Shown here one piece after another: positions 51,395 to 60,200 of a stretch of DNA of 64,000 nt (its first letter is position 1; every line of letters starts with the position of its first letter). The notes under the pieces are model-generated. The model had not been told where the DNA came from and did not search any database. It saw nothing but the letters and a program-made list of their open reading frames with translations. Source of the DNA: Vulcanimicrobiales bacterium (GTDB lineage Bacteria > Vulcanimicrobiota > Vulcanimicrobiia > Vulcanimicrobiales > Vulcanimicrobiaceae); NCBI GenBank assembly GCA_038215615.1, contig JBBQQR010000002.1, positions 1 to 64,000 of the forward strand, in the 5' to 3' direction. Both the position numbers and the translations under genes were made by a program.

Positions 51395-52364
51395 AACGGC
51401 TCATCAGGTCGCGCGCAAAGCCGAGCGCGTCCTTTTTCGTATTCTCGTAGATCGAACTGGCCTGTCCGGCGCTCATGTGCCGGCCGTGCTCGTAGTAAAA
51501 CGCAACGCCCTCGCCTACGACAATCGTGCCCGCGTAGGCGATCGCGCCCTTGATAGCGATGCCTGCGACCGGAATGAATCCGGAAAGTTCGCGCGCCAGC
51601 ATGCGCCAGCCGAAGCCCCCGCCGACGACCGGAAGCAGTTGCCACAAACGTTGCACGTCCGGATCGCGTCCGTACGTTGCCTCGACGTGCAGCAGCAGCA
51701 TCATCTGGATGCCCGTGATCGCCACCATGTCGCCGGCCGAAGCGAACGCGCCCAAAACCAAACCGAAGACCGGGATGTGATCGACGACGGCGCTCGCAAG
51801 CGCGACTTTCAGCGCGTTGTTGGCGGCATCGCGCGTCAGTTTCGCAGCCACGGTTTCTCGCAGGACGGGAAGTCTGCGGCCTACCGCAATCTCAACGCCT
51901 TTGCAGCGTTCTACCAAGTGCGGAAAGACGCGTCCGCGCAATGCTTCCTTGGATACCGCGGTAACAACGTATTCGGCGGAAGCGCCGGCGATGGGTGCGG
52001 TTGCGGGACCGCTGGGCTGCGCATCCTCATCGACGGTGATGGCGAAGATCGGCAAATCGAGTGCGCGCAGGCCGGCGAAATCGGCACCTCGCGCGTCGCC
52101 GCGCCGTCCCAGGAAAAGAATCGCGCGACCTTCGCGAGTCATCGTGAGCGGCGCCATTCCCGGAACGATCGTTTCTAGGCAAGCTGCCGCATCGGGCGGC
52201 ACGGAGTCGTCGTGTCCGGAAAGCAACAGCGAACGCATCGACGCTACCAGCGCCGGGTCGCCGCACAAATAGAGCCTGAAGGGCTTGCGGGTATGCGCGG
52301 TGACCGCGCGGACATCGATGCCCTTACGGACGAGGCGAAAGATCTCTCCGGTTGCGGTGGCCAT
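51381..52364 (-). CDS. Hypothetical protein with DUF697-like C-terminal helical domain
   Basis: DMVAITGIQMMLL...YG, ARELSGFIPVAG...IAYAGT; downstream of the M48 gene. Confidence 0.6.
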   Translation of the reverse strand: MATATGEIFRLVRKGIDVRAVTAHTRKPFRLYLCGDPALVASMRSLLLSGHDDSVPPDAAACLETIVPGMAPLTMTREGRAILFLGRRGDARGADFAGLRALDLPIFAITVDEDAQPSGPATAPIAGASAEYVVTAVSKEALRGRVFPHLVERCKGVEIAVGRRLPVLRETVAAKLTRDAANNALKVALASAVVDHIPVFGLVLGAFASAGDMVAITGIQMMLLLHVEATYGRDPDVQRLWQLLPVVGGGFGWRMLARELSGFIPVAGIAIKGAIAYAGTIVVGEGVAFYYEHGRHMSAGQASSIYENTKKDALGFARDLMSRFTKR

Positions 52365-52373
52365 TATCGGCTA

Positions 52374-54431
52374 CTACACGCCGGTGTTCTGATTTGTTAC
52401 GGTTCCGTTCGGATGGGCTTCCTTAGCCGGGTCGTCCGTGTAGTCCAGATAGAGCAGGCCCATGAAAATCTCGAGCGCCAGCGCGTGCATTCCGCGGGCA
52501 TTCGCGACGTCGATGACGCTGCGGTGCGTTTCGTGGGCTTCACGGATGATGGTTTGCGGCGAAGTCTTGTAGTCGGCGGCGATGATGGAAGCGGCCGCCA
52601 GCTCGCCCGGCGTGACGTTGTCGTGCAGCATGCCGATGTAGTCGATGTCGTCGACGTTCCAGCGCAGGTTGATGGCTTTTTGCAGCGTGTCGTAACGCTG
52701 CGGCGAGGTTCCTACGCCCAGCAGCGTGATGCGCGTCGAAAGCTGCCGCGCCCTAGCCAGATCGTAGAGTTGGTTCGCCTGCGACGCAGAAATCGCCGCG
52801 GCGCCGAGCGATGCGGTCGCTTTCTGCATATACGGCAGCAGCGACGTGTAATCGAATTGGTCGATGTCGCCGAACGCGTTCAGGCGGATCTGCTGGAGCC
52901 GCTTGAAGAACGCGTCGAGATCGGCCAGGCCGCTGTCGAGCTGCATCGCAGCCGCGCGGCCGGCGTCTACCGAACGCACCATGTCGGCGTCGGCCGTCGA
53001 GATTTCACCGATCATGTGCGGGTACGACGGAAAGATCGCGATCGAATCCGACGGAATCGGATTCACGTTGAGCGGCGCCTGCATCTCGTCCAAGATCTGC
53101 GCGTTCTCGCGCAGCAGGCCGTCGGGCTTGTTCGTTTTTCCATCGATAGAGCCGACGTTGTCGATGGCCGAGGTAGCGTCTTGGAAGGCGCTGTTGACCG
53201 AACGGCTCATCCCGTTGACAGTTTTTACGACGGCTTCGAGGCGCGAACCGTGTTTGATGTTGATCGAGCTGAAATCGGGAATCTCATACTGGATCGCTTG
53301 CAGGCGCAGCTGCAGCGACTTCAGCTGACTGTGACCCTGATCGTGACGCGCGGCGATTTGGGCTTGCGCTTGCGCCTGCACCTGCACGGCCTGCTGCACT
53401 TGCGCGCGCAGGCCCACGAGGTCGGGGCGCGTGAGATCGACGCGGCGTGCCTGCATCGAACGCAGCGCGGCCATGCGCTGGAGTGCAGCGGCTTTGACTT
53501 GCGGCGACGTGCTTTGCGCCAGTGTGCCTAAGGTCTGCTCGCTCTTGCTGGTGAGTCCGAGCGCGAGCTGGCTTTGCCCGAGCCCTAGCAACGCCTCCTG
53601 GTTCGAAGGGTCGGTTTTGAGGATGTCGGTTAAATCGATGCCCGCGATGTTGTAGCGATCTTCATCGAGATCGTGCTGCGCACGCACGAGTTTTTGCCCA
53701 GCGGTGACCTTCGTCGGATCGAGCTCCGGATAGCCGAGCAGATGCGAAATGCGCGCGCTCGAACCCGGGTGGCTTTCGAAATATTTGGTGACGAGGTCGT
53801 TATGCTCGCCTGCGAGCGCTCCCAGATGCTGCTGCATCGTGATCATCGCTTCGGGGTCGAAGCCGGCTCGCGACATGAGCAGCAGTCCGTACTGGTCGGC
53901 TTGCAGCTCGTCGACGCGCTGCAGCTTCGCCATGGCGCCGGCTTGGAGCAGATTGCCGAAGTTGTAGATGAAGGGCGAGAAAATCGATGCGACGCCGAGC
54001 AGGATGCTCAAAATTTGCGATTGGGATTGCATCGTGACGGTATGGCGCCGCTCGATGTGGCCCGTTTCGTGGCCGATGACGGCCGCGAGTTCGTCGTCGG
54101 ATTGGACGAAGTCCAGCAGCCCGCTGTTGACATAAACATAACCGCCCAGCGTTGAGAACGCGTTGATGCTCGTGTCGCCGACGATCTTGATGTTATAAGG
54201 AACGTCCTTGCGCGCGGTTTGCGCCCAGAGTTTGGACGAGACGCTCTGCACCCAGGCGTTGAGCAGCGGGTCCGTTTCGATAACGCTGGTTTCAACGATC
54301 TGCTGATCGTAGCCGCGCCCGATGGCGACCTCATTTGCGGTAGAAAGCGCGAGCGCGGGTGCCGGGCATATGGCACTCAGCAATGCCAAAATGAGCGCCG
54401 ATGGGACGATTTTGCGAAACAGCATGGCCAT
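52374..54431 (-). CDS. Exported M48 metallopeptidase (BepA/YfgC-like) with TPR and long helical C-terminus
   Basis: Signal peptide; INAF...GG, ELAAVIGHETGH, ELQAD, SHP. Confidence 0.88.
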   Translation of the reverse strand: MAMLFRKIVPSALILALLSAICPAPALALSTANEVAIGRGYDQQIVETSVIETDPLLNAWVQSVSSKLWAQTARKDVPYNIKIVGDTSINAFSTLGGYVYVNSGLLDFVQSDDELAAVIGHETGHIERRHTVTMQSQSQILSILLGVASIFSPFIYNFGNLLQAGAMAKLQRVDELQADQYGLLLMSRAGFDPEAMITMQQHLGALAGEHNDLVTKYFESHPGSSARISHLLGYPELDPTKVTAGQKLVRAQHDLDEDRYNIAGIDLTDILKTDPSNQEALLGLGQSQLALGLTSKSEQTLGTLAQSTSPQVKAAALQRMAALRSMQARRVDLTRPDLVGLRAQVQQAVQVQAQAQAQIAARHDQGHSQLKSLQLRLQAIQYEIPDFSSINIKHGSRLEAVVKTVNGMSRSVNSAFQDATSAIDNVGSIDGKTNKPDGLLRENAQILDEMQAPLNVNPIPSDSIAIFPSYPHMIGEISTADADMVRSVDAGRAAAMQLDSGLADLDAFFKRLQQIRLNAFGDIDQFDYTSLLPYMQKATASLGAAAISASQANQLYDLARARQLSTRITLLGVGTSPQRYDTLQKAINLRWNVDDIDYIGMLHDNVTPGELAAASIIAADYKTSPQTIIREAHETHRSVIDVANARGMHALALEIFMGLLYLDYTDDPAKEAHPNGTVTNQNTGV

Positions 54432-54513
54432 ATTTACCTATAACCCGCGGGAGCGGGCCCGAGTTCAGTACTGCGCACTCCCAGAACGCAGGTCTAGGTT
54501 CCTTTGTTACCGT

Positions 54514-54540
54514 GTCATCCTGAGCGGAGTCAAAGGGCGG
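54514..54540 (-). repeat. REP-like palindromic element
   Basis: GTCATCCTGAGCGGAGTCAAAGGGCGG, related to 8081-8107 in the opposite orientation. Confidence 0.65.
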
Positions 54541-54541
54541 C

Positions 54542-54620
54542 TGTGGAGGAGCTGTGCATAAGCGGAACTTATTGTGGGGGTTCTGTGGAGGCCGCAGGGC
54601 GGGCGCTTGCGCGTTCGAAC
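54542..54620 (+). promoter_or_regulatory. DnaA-box-like cluster and sigma-H-like promoter upstream of minC
   Basis: TGTGCATAA 54553-54561 (reverse complement TTATGCACA) plus TGTGGAGGA, TGTGGGGGT and TGTGGAGGC; GCAGG-N18-GAAC at 54594-54620. Confidence 0.45.
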
Positions 54621-54631
54621 CGCCTCCCCTG

Positions 54632-55438
54632 ATGGCGGTGTTGCGCGGCAAGGGCCTGGGCCTTGAAATTGCCTTAGGAGAGCGCGATTTTGAGGAAGCT
54701 CTTGCCGAGTTGCAGAGCAAGCTTGGCGAGCGTCCCGGATTCTATTCGGGAACGCCGGCCACGGCTGCCGTCGGGCGCGAGGGTCTCCCGGAGGAGCAGC
54801 TTGCACGGCTGAAGACACTTCTGATCGAGCACGGGATTACGCTCGAAGGCGTGAGCGCGGCCCAACCCGACGACGGCGAAGAGCTGGCACGGCGGCGGGC
54901 GTTGCGCCCGAAACGGGAGGTGCAGCTTTCGGACGCGGCTCGGTCGCTGGTGCCTGATTTTGAGGGCGCGCGTAAGGACATCGCCGTCCGTCGCAGCCGC
55001 GGGGAAAGCAGCGTCCGGCGTTTGGTGCCCGCGCCTGATCCCGAACCGCAATCCGTCGAAATCCCGCCCGTCGCGCCCGCCACGCTCTATCACGTGGGCA
55101 CGCTTCGCGGCGGGCAGGCGCTGCACAACGTCGGCAACATCGTGGTGATCGGCGACGTGAACCCGGGCGCGGAGCTGATCGCCGGCGGCGACATCGCCGT
55201 CTTCGGATCGCTACGCGGCGTAGCTCACGCCGGAGCGCAAGGCGATGCGGGCGCGCGCGTCTACGCGGTCGATCTCTCGCCGACGCAGCTGCGCATCGCT
55301 ACGTTGATCGCGGCAGAAGCCGGCGCGCGAGGAGCTCGCAAAGAGCCCGAAGCGGCCTGCGTGCAGAATGAACGCATTACGATCGTTCCGCTGGTTTCGG
55401 CGGAGCGTTTTGCTAAGGGCAAGGAGAAGGTGGAGTGA
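54632..55438 (+). CDS. minC: Septum site-determining protein MinC
   Basis: TLRGGQ, GDVNPGAELIAGGDIAVFGSLRGVAHAG, PTQLRIA. Confidence 0.93.
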   Translation: MAVLRGKGLGLEIALGERDFEEALAELQSKLGERPGFYSGTPATAAVGREGLPEEQLARLKTLLIEHGITLEGVSAAQPDDGEELARRRALRPKREVQLSDAARSLVPDFEGARKDIAVRRSRGESSVRRLVPAPDPEPQSVEIPPVAPATLYHVGTLRGGQALHNVGNIVVIGDVNPGAELIAGGDIAVFGSLRGVAHAGAQGDAGARVYAVDLSPTQLRIATLIAAEAGARGARKEPEAACVQNERITIVPLVSAERFAKGKEKVE

Positions 55439-56226
55439 AGGCTCGCAAGATCGTTTTGACGTCCGGCAAAGGCGGCGTCGGCAAAACCACCGCCACCGTC
55501 AACATCGGTGCGGCGCTTGCCAAGCGGGGCCACCGCGTGATCCTCGTTGACACCGACATCGGGCTGCGCAATCTCGATTTGGTGCTCGGCTTGGAAAAAC
55601 GGATCGTCTTCGACTTAGTCGAGGTCATCGAGGGGCGCTGCCAAGTCCGGCAAGCGCTGATCAAAGATAAGCGCTTCGAATCGCTGGCGATTTTGCCCGC
55701 GGCGCAAACGCGCAACAAAGACTCGATCACCGAGGCGCAAATGGCCCGCCTGATCGACGAGCTTGCCGATATGGCCGACTACGTGCTGATCGACTGCCCG
55801 GCCGGCATCGAAGGCGGTTTCCGCAACGCCATCGCCGGCGCCGACGAGGCCATCGTCGTGACGACGCCCGAAGTGAGCGCGATTCGCGACGCCGATCGGG
55901 TCATCGGCAAACTCGCGGAGCGTTCGATTCCGATGCGGCTGATCATCAACCGCATCCGCCCCGACATGGTACGCAGCGGCGACATGCTTTCGATCGACGA
56001 TGTCTGCGAGATTCTCTCGATCGAGCTGCTCGGCATCATTCCCGACGATGAAGAGATCATCGACACGACCAACCGCGGCGAGCCGCTCGTGCTGGGCGAA
56101 GGCTACCGCTTGCGCGGCATCTACGAAAAAATCGTGCGGCGCCTGGAAGGCGACCTCATTCCCTTTACCAATCTCGACGCGCCCGGCTTTTTCGGCCGGC
56201 TCATCGGCGCGCTGAAAGCAGGCTGA
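55435..56226 (+). CDS. minD: Septum site-determining ATPase MinD (copy 1)
   Basis: SGKGGVGKTT, DIGLRNLD, DCPAGIE, SAIRDADR, C-terminal amphipathic GFFGRLIG. Confidence 0.95.
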   Translation: MKARKIVLTSGKGGVGKTTATVNIGAALAKRGHRVILVDTDIGLRNLDLVLGLEKRIVFDLVEVIEGRCQVRQALIKDKRFESLAILPAAQTRNKDSITEAQMARLIDELADMADYVLIDCPAGIEGGFRNAIAGADEAIVVTTPEVSAIRDADRVIGKLAERSIPMRLIINRIRPDMVRSGDMLSIDDVCEILSIELLGIIPDDEEIIDTTNRGEPLVLGEGYRLRGIYEKIVRRLEGDLIPFTNLDAPGFFGRLIGALKAG

Positions 56227-56227
56227 C

Positions 56228-57103
56228 ATGCTTCCTCTCCGGCAACCCTTCGATGTCGCGCACGATGACGCGCAAGCGAACGCGGCGCAAACTTCGGGAG
56301 CGCCCCTAACGTTGGGACGCGCGATTGTCGTGACATCCGGGAAAGGCGGCGTCGGCAAAACCACGACGACGGCAAATCTCGGCGTCGCACTCGCAAAGCG
56401 CGGTGCGAAGGTCGCGCTGGTTGATGCCGACGTCGGCTTGCGCAACTTGGATATCCTGATGGGCTTGGAAAGCCGCGTGCGCCATCACGTGCTTGACGTC
56501 CTCGAAGAAAAAGTTGAACTCAACGAAGCGCTCGTGCGCGACAAAAATTTTCCGAATCTGTTTTTGCTGGCTGCCGCACAATCGCGCGAAAAGGACGAAG
56601 TAGATACTGAGTCTATGCGCGATCTGATCGAAGAACTGCGCGAGCAGTTCGATTACGTGCTGATCGACTGCCCGGCCGGCATCGAAATGGGGTTCACAAA
56701 TGCGGTGGTCGGCGCGCAAGAAGCGATCGTCGTCTGCACGCCGGAAGTTTCGGCGGTACGCGATGTCGACCGCGTCGTCGGACTGCTCGGCAACGCGTTC
56801 TCACCGCAGTTGATCATCAACCGCGTGCGCCCGCACTTGGTACACAAAGGCAAGATGCTCTCGGTGGAAGACGTCAACTCGATTCTGCGCTTACCGCTGC
56901 TGGGCGTGATTGCGGACGAGCCCGATGTCATCGTGTCGACCAACAAGGGCGAGCCGCTTGCGCTGCGCACCGATACGGCAACCGCGAAAGCGTATCATAC
57001 GATCGCAGCGCGCATTGCGGGCGAAGACGTTCCCGCGCCGATGGTCGAGTACAAGGAAACGTTCATGGACAAACTCGGATCGCTGCTGGGAGGCCGCCGA
57101 TGA
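56228..57103 (+). CDS. minD: Septum site-determining ATPase MinD (copy 2)
   Basis: SGKGGVGKTT, DVGLRNLD, DCPAGIE, SAVRDVDR, C-terminal TFMDKLGSLLG. Confidence 0.93.
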   Translation: MLPLRQPFDVAHDDAQANAAQTSGAPLTLGRAIVVTSGKGGVGKTTTTANLGVALAKRGAKVALVDADVGLRNLDILMGLESRVRHHVLDVLEEKVELNEALVRDKNFPNLFLLAAAQSREKDEVDTESMRDLIEELREQFDYVLIDCPAGIEMGFTNAVVGAQEAIVVCTPEVSAVRDVDRVVGLLGNAFSPQLIINRVRPHLVHKGKMLSVEDVNSILRLPLLGVIADEPDVIVSTNKGEPLALRTDTATAKAYHTIAARIAGEDVPAPMVEYKETFMDKLGSLLGGRR

Positions 57104-57480
57104 CCTTCAACGATGTCTTCAATAACCTGAACCGGCTATTCGGCCGCGAAAAATCCGGAGAGACGGCAAAAGAGCGGCTGCGCCTGGTGCTGATGTCCGA
57201 CCATCTCTCGCTCGCACCGGATATGGTCGAGGCGATGAAACGCGATCTGGTCGAAGTCGTCTCGCGTTACGTCGAAGTCGATCGCGACAAGATCGACGTG
57301 CGCTTCGAACATCAAGACAGCGTCTTCGCGATGCTCGCGAACGTGCCGATCATCTCGGTGAACCGCACGCCGTCGCCCCCGGCCGGACCGCCGCGCCGCC
57401 GCCGCCGCAAAAAACGCCTCGCGCAGCAAAACGGTCAAGCGCCGCCGCAGTCGACGATAAATCCGGCGCCGGCAACTTAA
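57100..57480 (+). CDS. minE: Cell division topological specificity factor MinE with basic C-terminal tail
   Basis: SGETAKERLRLVLMSD, VVSRYVE, LANVPI. Confidence 0.93.
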   Translation: MTFNDVFNNLNRLFGREKSGETAKERLRLVLMSDHLSLAPDMVEAMKRDLVEVVSRYVEVDRDKIDVRFEHQDSVFAMLANVPIISVNRTPSPPAGPPRRRRRKKRLAQQNGQAPPQSTINPAPAT

Positions 57481-57947
57481 TCTTCTAGCGCGCGAAGCTC
57501 GTCGAATTGCCGGCTGAGTAATTTCAGCCTGGCTTTCGTGAGGTGTATTCGTTTCGAGAGCCGTGTTTTGATGGCAACCGGTTTCTTGCCGATGGGCACA
57601 TTAAAATAAATCTTGTACGGTGGTACCGAACTAAAAGCCATGAATTCATCCGGCGCATAGCGGTCAAAGTGCCATTTCCGTTCAATCTCGTATGCTATGA
57701 CGAACTCGAAGTGATCGGGATCGCTCGCTGCGGCTGCCCACTCCGTTAGGGTTGCTGCGCCAAAGCAGTGCCCAAAAGCGCGGGTGAACTTCACCTCGAA
57801 ATGCCACGTAACTCCGTTTTTCCTCGCGACAATGTCGGTCGGTGTGGAAGCTACTCTCGCTTCGGAAAACCCCTCTAAAATCAAGGCCTGAATGAATGCG
57901 GATTTTGCCGCGACATCGCTTTTGGGATTCTGATTGGACATGTCCAT
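57477..57947 (-). CDS. PD-(D/E)xK nuclease-like protein (DUF3883-like)
   Basis: PTDIVARKNGVTWHFEVK...TLTEWAAA; visibly more AT-rich than the flanks. Confidence 0.6.
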   Translation of the reverse strand: MDMSNQNPKSDVAAKSAFIQALILEGFSEARVASTPTDIVARKNGVTWHFEVKFTRAFGHCFGAATLTEWAAAASDPDHFEFVIAYEIERKWHFDRYAPDEFMAFSSVPPYKIYFNVPIGKKPVAIKTRLSKRIHLTKARLKLLSRQFDELRALED

Positions 57948-58027
57948 GGCGAACCTCCGGAAGCTAGGCCGGAAGGTTGCCGGACGGCGCCTGTGGGATC
58001 CTGGATCTCGCTTCCGGAGGGATACCG

Positions 58028-58252
58028 ATGAAATACTACGTGCTGGTCATTCAGTTAGGCGTCGAAGCCGAAGTGCGAGGGCCGTTCGCAACACCGGATA
58101 AGCGCGATCGCGAAGCTCGGATGGCCGTCCGTTTGGACGATTTCAACGGCGACTATGACTCGATTTTCCGAATGGATATCGAACACGACCGCCCCGAGAC
58201 GTACTCTTTTGCCGATGGCGAGCTCTATGACGAAGAGCCCGTAACCGTCTAA
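58028..58252 (+). CDS. Small acidic hypothetical protein (74 aa)
   Basis: SD GGAGGG before the ATG; followed by a hairpin. Confidence 0.65.
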   Translation: MKYYVLVIQLGVEAEVRGPFATPDKRDREARMAVRLDDFNGDYDSIFRMDIEHDRPETYSFADGELYDEEPVTV

Positions 58253-58260
58253 GAATGGTT

Positions 58261-58288
58261 GAAGGGCCGCTCGTAAGAGCGGCCCTTC
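58261..58288. terminator. Terminator-like hairpin
   Basis: GAAGGGCCGCTC-GTAA-GAGCGGCCCTTC: perfect 12-bp stem, weak U tract. Confidence 0.7.
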
Positions 58289-58384
58289 GTGACACTGGGC
58301 CTCGGACGCGATGCCAGCGTTTCATTTGCGACCTGCAATTCAAGAAAGTATGATTTAGGGAGATGCGATGAGAAGCGGCTCTTC

Positions 58385-58768
58385 ATGGCCGAAAGCAGCC
58401 AAGTAAGGCTCAAGCGATCCATCCCTATCTTGCGCATGTTCGACGTGCCGAAGGCACGCGAGTTTTATCTCGACTACCTCGGCTTCTCAGTAGATTTCGA
58501 CCACCGGTTCAATGAAAACGCCCCGTTATTTATGGGCATATCGCGCGGAGATGTCGTTCTGTTCTTAAGCGAACATCACGGCGACGGCACACCCGGAACA
58601 CATGTCCTCATCGAGACGGACGGGCTGGACGCTTTGTTTGCGGAGTTGAAAGCCAAGAACTACCGCTACATGAATCCCGGCATTCAGCTGCAGGACTGGG
58701 GCCGGCGCGACCTTGTCGTCGTCGATCCGTTTGACAACCACATCAATTTCAGCGAACGGATCGAATAG
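58385..58768 (+). CDS. VOC/glyoxalase/bleomycin-resistance family protein
   Basis: IPILRMFD...FYLDYLGF, LSEHHGD, WGRR...DPFDN. Confidence 0.9.
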   Translation: MAESSQVRLKRSIPILRMFDVPKAREFYLDYLGFSVDFDHRFNENAPLFMGISRGDVVLFLSEHHGDGTPGTHVLIETDGLDALFAELKAKNYRYMNPGIQLQDWGRRDLVVVDPFDNHINFSERIE

Positions 58769-58773
58769 CGGCG

Positions 58774-59901
58774 GTGGCTACGATGACTTTGGGCGCGCAG
58801 GCGCGCCGGTATGCGGGCCGTGTCAATTGGTATTTGGTCGTGGCCGCGATTCTCGTGACGTCGTTCGGCATCGTGATTATTCAGTCTGCGGGTTTGCACA
58901 CCGATCCGGGGGAGTACCGGAAGCAGATACTGTACGCGCTCCTCGGCGTCGGCGTGATGATTGGTTTCTCGCGTATCGACTACCGCGATCTCTCGAAGTG
59001 GGCGCCGGGATTATATGTCGTCACGCTCTTGCTGCTGGCGTTTATTTTGCGCGGCGGCCACTCGTCGCACGGAGCGCAGAGATGGATCAGCCTTGGTCCG
59101 CTCGGCACGTTCCAGCCGTCGGAGCCCGCCAAGCTGATCCTGGCGATCTCGATTGCGTGGGTGCTCTGCAAGGGTGAGTATGCGAAGCTGACGGAGTTGT
59201 GGAAGCCGCTGCTTATGGTCGCCGTTCCCGCGCTGCTCGTCGCAAGACAGCCCGATCTTGGAACGGCCCTTGTCTTTATGGCGATCATGAGCGCGCAGCT
59301 GTTTTTTGGTTTGCCGAAATGGCAGCATTTCGCCGCGTACGCGCTGGCCGGAGCAGCGGCGATGGCGCTGGCGATCGAAACAAAATACATATTAAAGCCT
59401 TTCCAAAAAGCGCGGCTGCTGATCTTCCTCAATCCCAAAGCCGACCCGCAGGGCGCCGGCTACAATTTGAACCAGTCGAAGATCGCGGTCGGCAGCGGCG
59501 GCTGGTTCGGTCGCGGCTTGCATCACGGCACGCAGACGCAACTAAATTTCGTCCCCGAGCACTCGACCGATTTTATTTTTACCGTCGTCGGTGAAGAGCT
59601 AGGGTTCGTCGGGACCGTCATGCTGCTGGCGTGCTATGGCGTGCTATTATTCGGCGGCGTGATCGCGATGATCAGCGCGCGCGACCGTTTTGGGTTCTTA
59701 CTTGCCAGCGGGATCGTCGCGATGTTCGCATTTCACATCGTCGTCAACATCGGCATGACGATCGGCATCATGCCGATCACCGGCATACCGCTGCCATTCT
59801 TGTCCTATGGCGGTTCCGCGGTGCTGACGGACTTCGCGGCTATCGGCGTCTTGCTCAACATCTACGCTCAAAAAGATCGAGGCGTCTTGGGTAACGCTTA
59901 G
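58774..59901 (+). CDS. rodA: Rod shape-determining protein RodA (SEDS)
   Basis: GAQRWI, FQPSE, QPDLGT, DPQGAGY, PEHSTDFIF, GIPLPFLSYGGS. Confidence 0.95.
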   Translation: MATMTLGAQARRYAGRVNWYLVVAAILVTSFGIVIIQSAGLHTDPGEYRKQILYALLGVGVMIGFSRIDYRDLSKWAPGLYVVTLLLLAFILRGGHSSHGAQRWISLGPLGTFQPSEPAKLILAISIAWVLCKGEYAKLTELWKPLLMVAVPALLVARQPDLGTALVFMAIMSAQLFFGLPKWQHFAAYALAGAAAMALAIETKYILKPFQKARLLIFLNPKADPQGAGYNLNQSKIAVGSGGWFGRGLHHGTQTQLNFVPEHSTDFIFTVVGEELGFVGTVMLLACYGVLLFGGVIAMISARDRFGFLLASGIVAMFAFHIVVNIGMTIGIMPITGIPLPFLSYGGSAVLTDFAAIGVLLNIYAQKDRGVLGNA

Positions 59902-60136
59902 GGCCGTTCGGGGAACAACAGAGATCATGGGCGCAACCAATATCCGGGATTCGACGACATGGTTTGATGTAGACGGCACAGCGCTGCCAAACGGCGGTGA
60001 TGACGCTGGCCCTGGGTGAAGGGGCGCCGCCCACGTATTAAAGGTCCGGTCCCCAGGCGGCGGGAACGGGGGGCCAAGCCGGCAGCCTGCCCTCTAAGCT
60101 ATGGGCTGCGCCGGTAAACAGTAAGATTTTTAGAAA

Positions 60137-60195
60137 CCGCTAGCAGGCGATCGCAGGAGCTGAAAAGCCGGATGCTGGTCGCACTCGCGGAGGAG
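60137..60195 (+). promoter_or_regulatory. Putative structured 5' leader of the RNase E/G gene
   Basis: GCGATC/GGTCGC, GCA/TGC and GCT-GAAA-AGC helices; CCGC/GCGG closes over the start of the SD GGAGGAG. Confidence 0.4.
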
Positions 60196-60200
60196 TAAAT

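Noticed and set aside
59927..60019. 30-aa ORF (MGATNIRDSTTWFD...) in the rne leader
   Set aside because: No clear SD and no recognisable features; cannot be supported.
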